Assembly: GCA_054661495.1 (NCBI GenBank)
Contig: BAAFSQ010000068.1
Coordinates: forward strand, 12,455-44,454
From: Zygophlyctis sp. KS116
Taxonomy: Eukaryota; Fungi; Chytridiomycota
DNA: 32,000 nt
Direction: 5' to 3'
Part shown: positions 31,972 through 32,000 of the stretch, in pieces
How positions within the stretch are numbered: the first letter of the stretch is position 1
Layout: the number at the start of each line of letters is the position of its first letter
Notes under the pieces: model-generated
Database searches by the model: none
What the model was told of the DNA's origin: nothing
What the model saw: only the letters and a program-made list of their open reading frames with translations
Translations under genes and position numbers: made by a program

Positions 31972-32000
31972 ATGGGCAAAACGCCGGATGAAGTTTGGTC
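31972..32000 (+). CDS. Probable start of the next gene (MGKTPDEVW...), truncated by the window
   Basis: AAAATG context directly after the GGGTTT array, with the frame open to the window end. Confidence 0.35.

Noticed and set aside
1-32000. Transposons, tRNA or rRNA genes
   Set aside because: No transposase/RT ORFs, terminal repeats, cloverleafs or rRNA sequence were seen.

Overview
Very compact, AT-rich eukaryotic nuclear DNA. Tup1, a fungal-type Rec8, a fungal-type Dicer and an NZF-containing Vps36 point to a fungus, probably an early-diverging, chytrid-like lineage (inference). The fragmented ORF track is explained by many ultra-short GT-AG introns, mostly 23-35 nt. I reconstructed 18 protein genes plus the probable start of a 19th: SelO (partial), a secreted LRR protein, a GPI-anchored CBM10/dockerin-like protein, Rec8, TFIIB, Dicer, a Cu-ATPase, a FUSC/ALMT-like transporter, a small RLG-repeat protein, a GT2 glycosyltransferase, an alpha/beta hydrolase, an ALY/Yra1-like RRM protein, Tup1, thiamine pyrophosphokinase, Ade16/17, a Yip1-family protein, TAF12, Rli1/ABCE1 and Vps36. 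There is also a probable H/ACA snoRNA. The most unusual signals are: (1) a ~230-aa acidic insertion with SUMO-interacting-like motifs and an NLS-like patch inside Dicer RNase IIIb; (2) a co-oriented Cu-ATPase>Dicer>TFIIB>Rec8 run with only 70/34/12-nt spacers; (3) convergent genes that abut or overlap; (4) a structured non-coding locus at 23.7-24.06 kb; (5) one hairpin-filled 101-nt intron among the tiny ones. All splice models and family calls were made by eye without searches.
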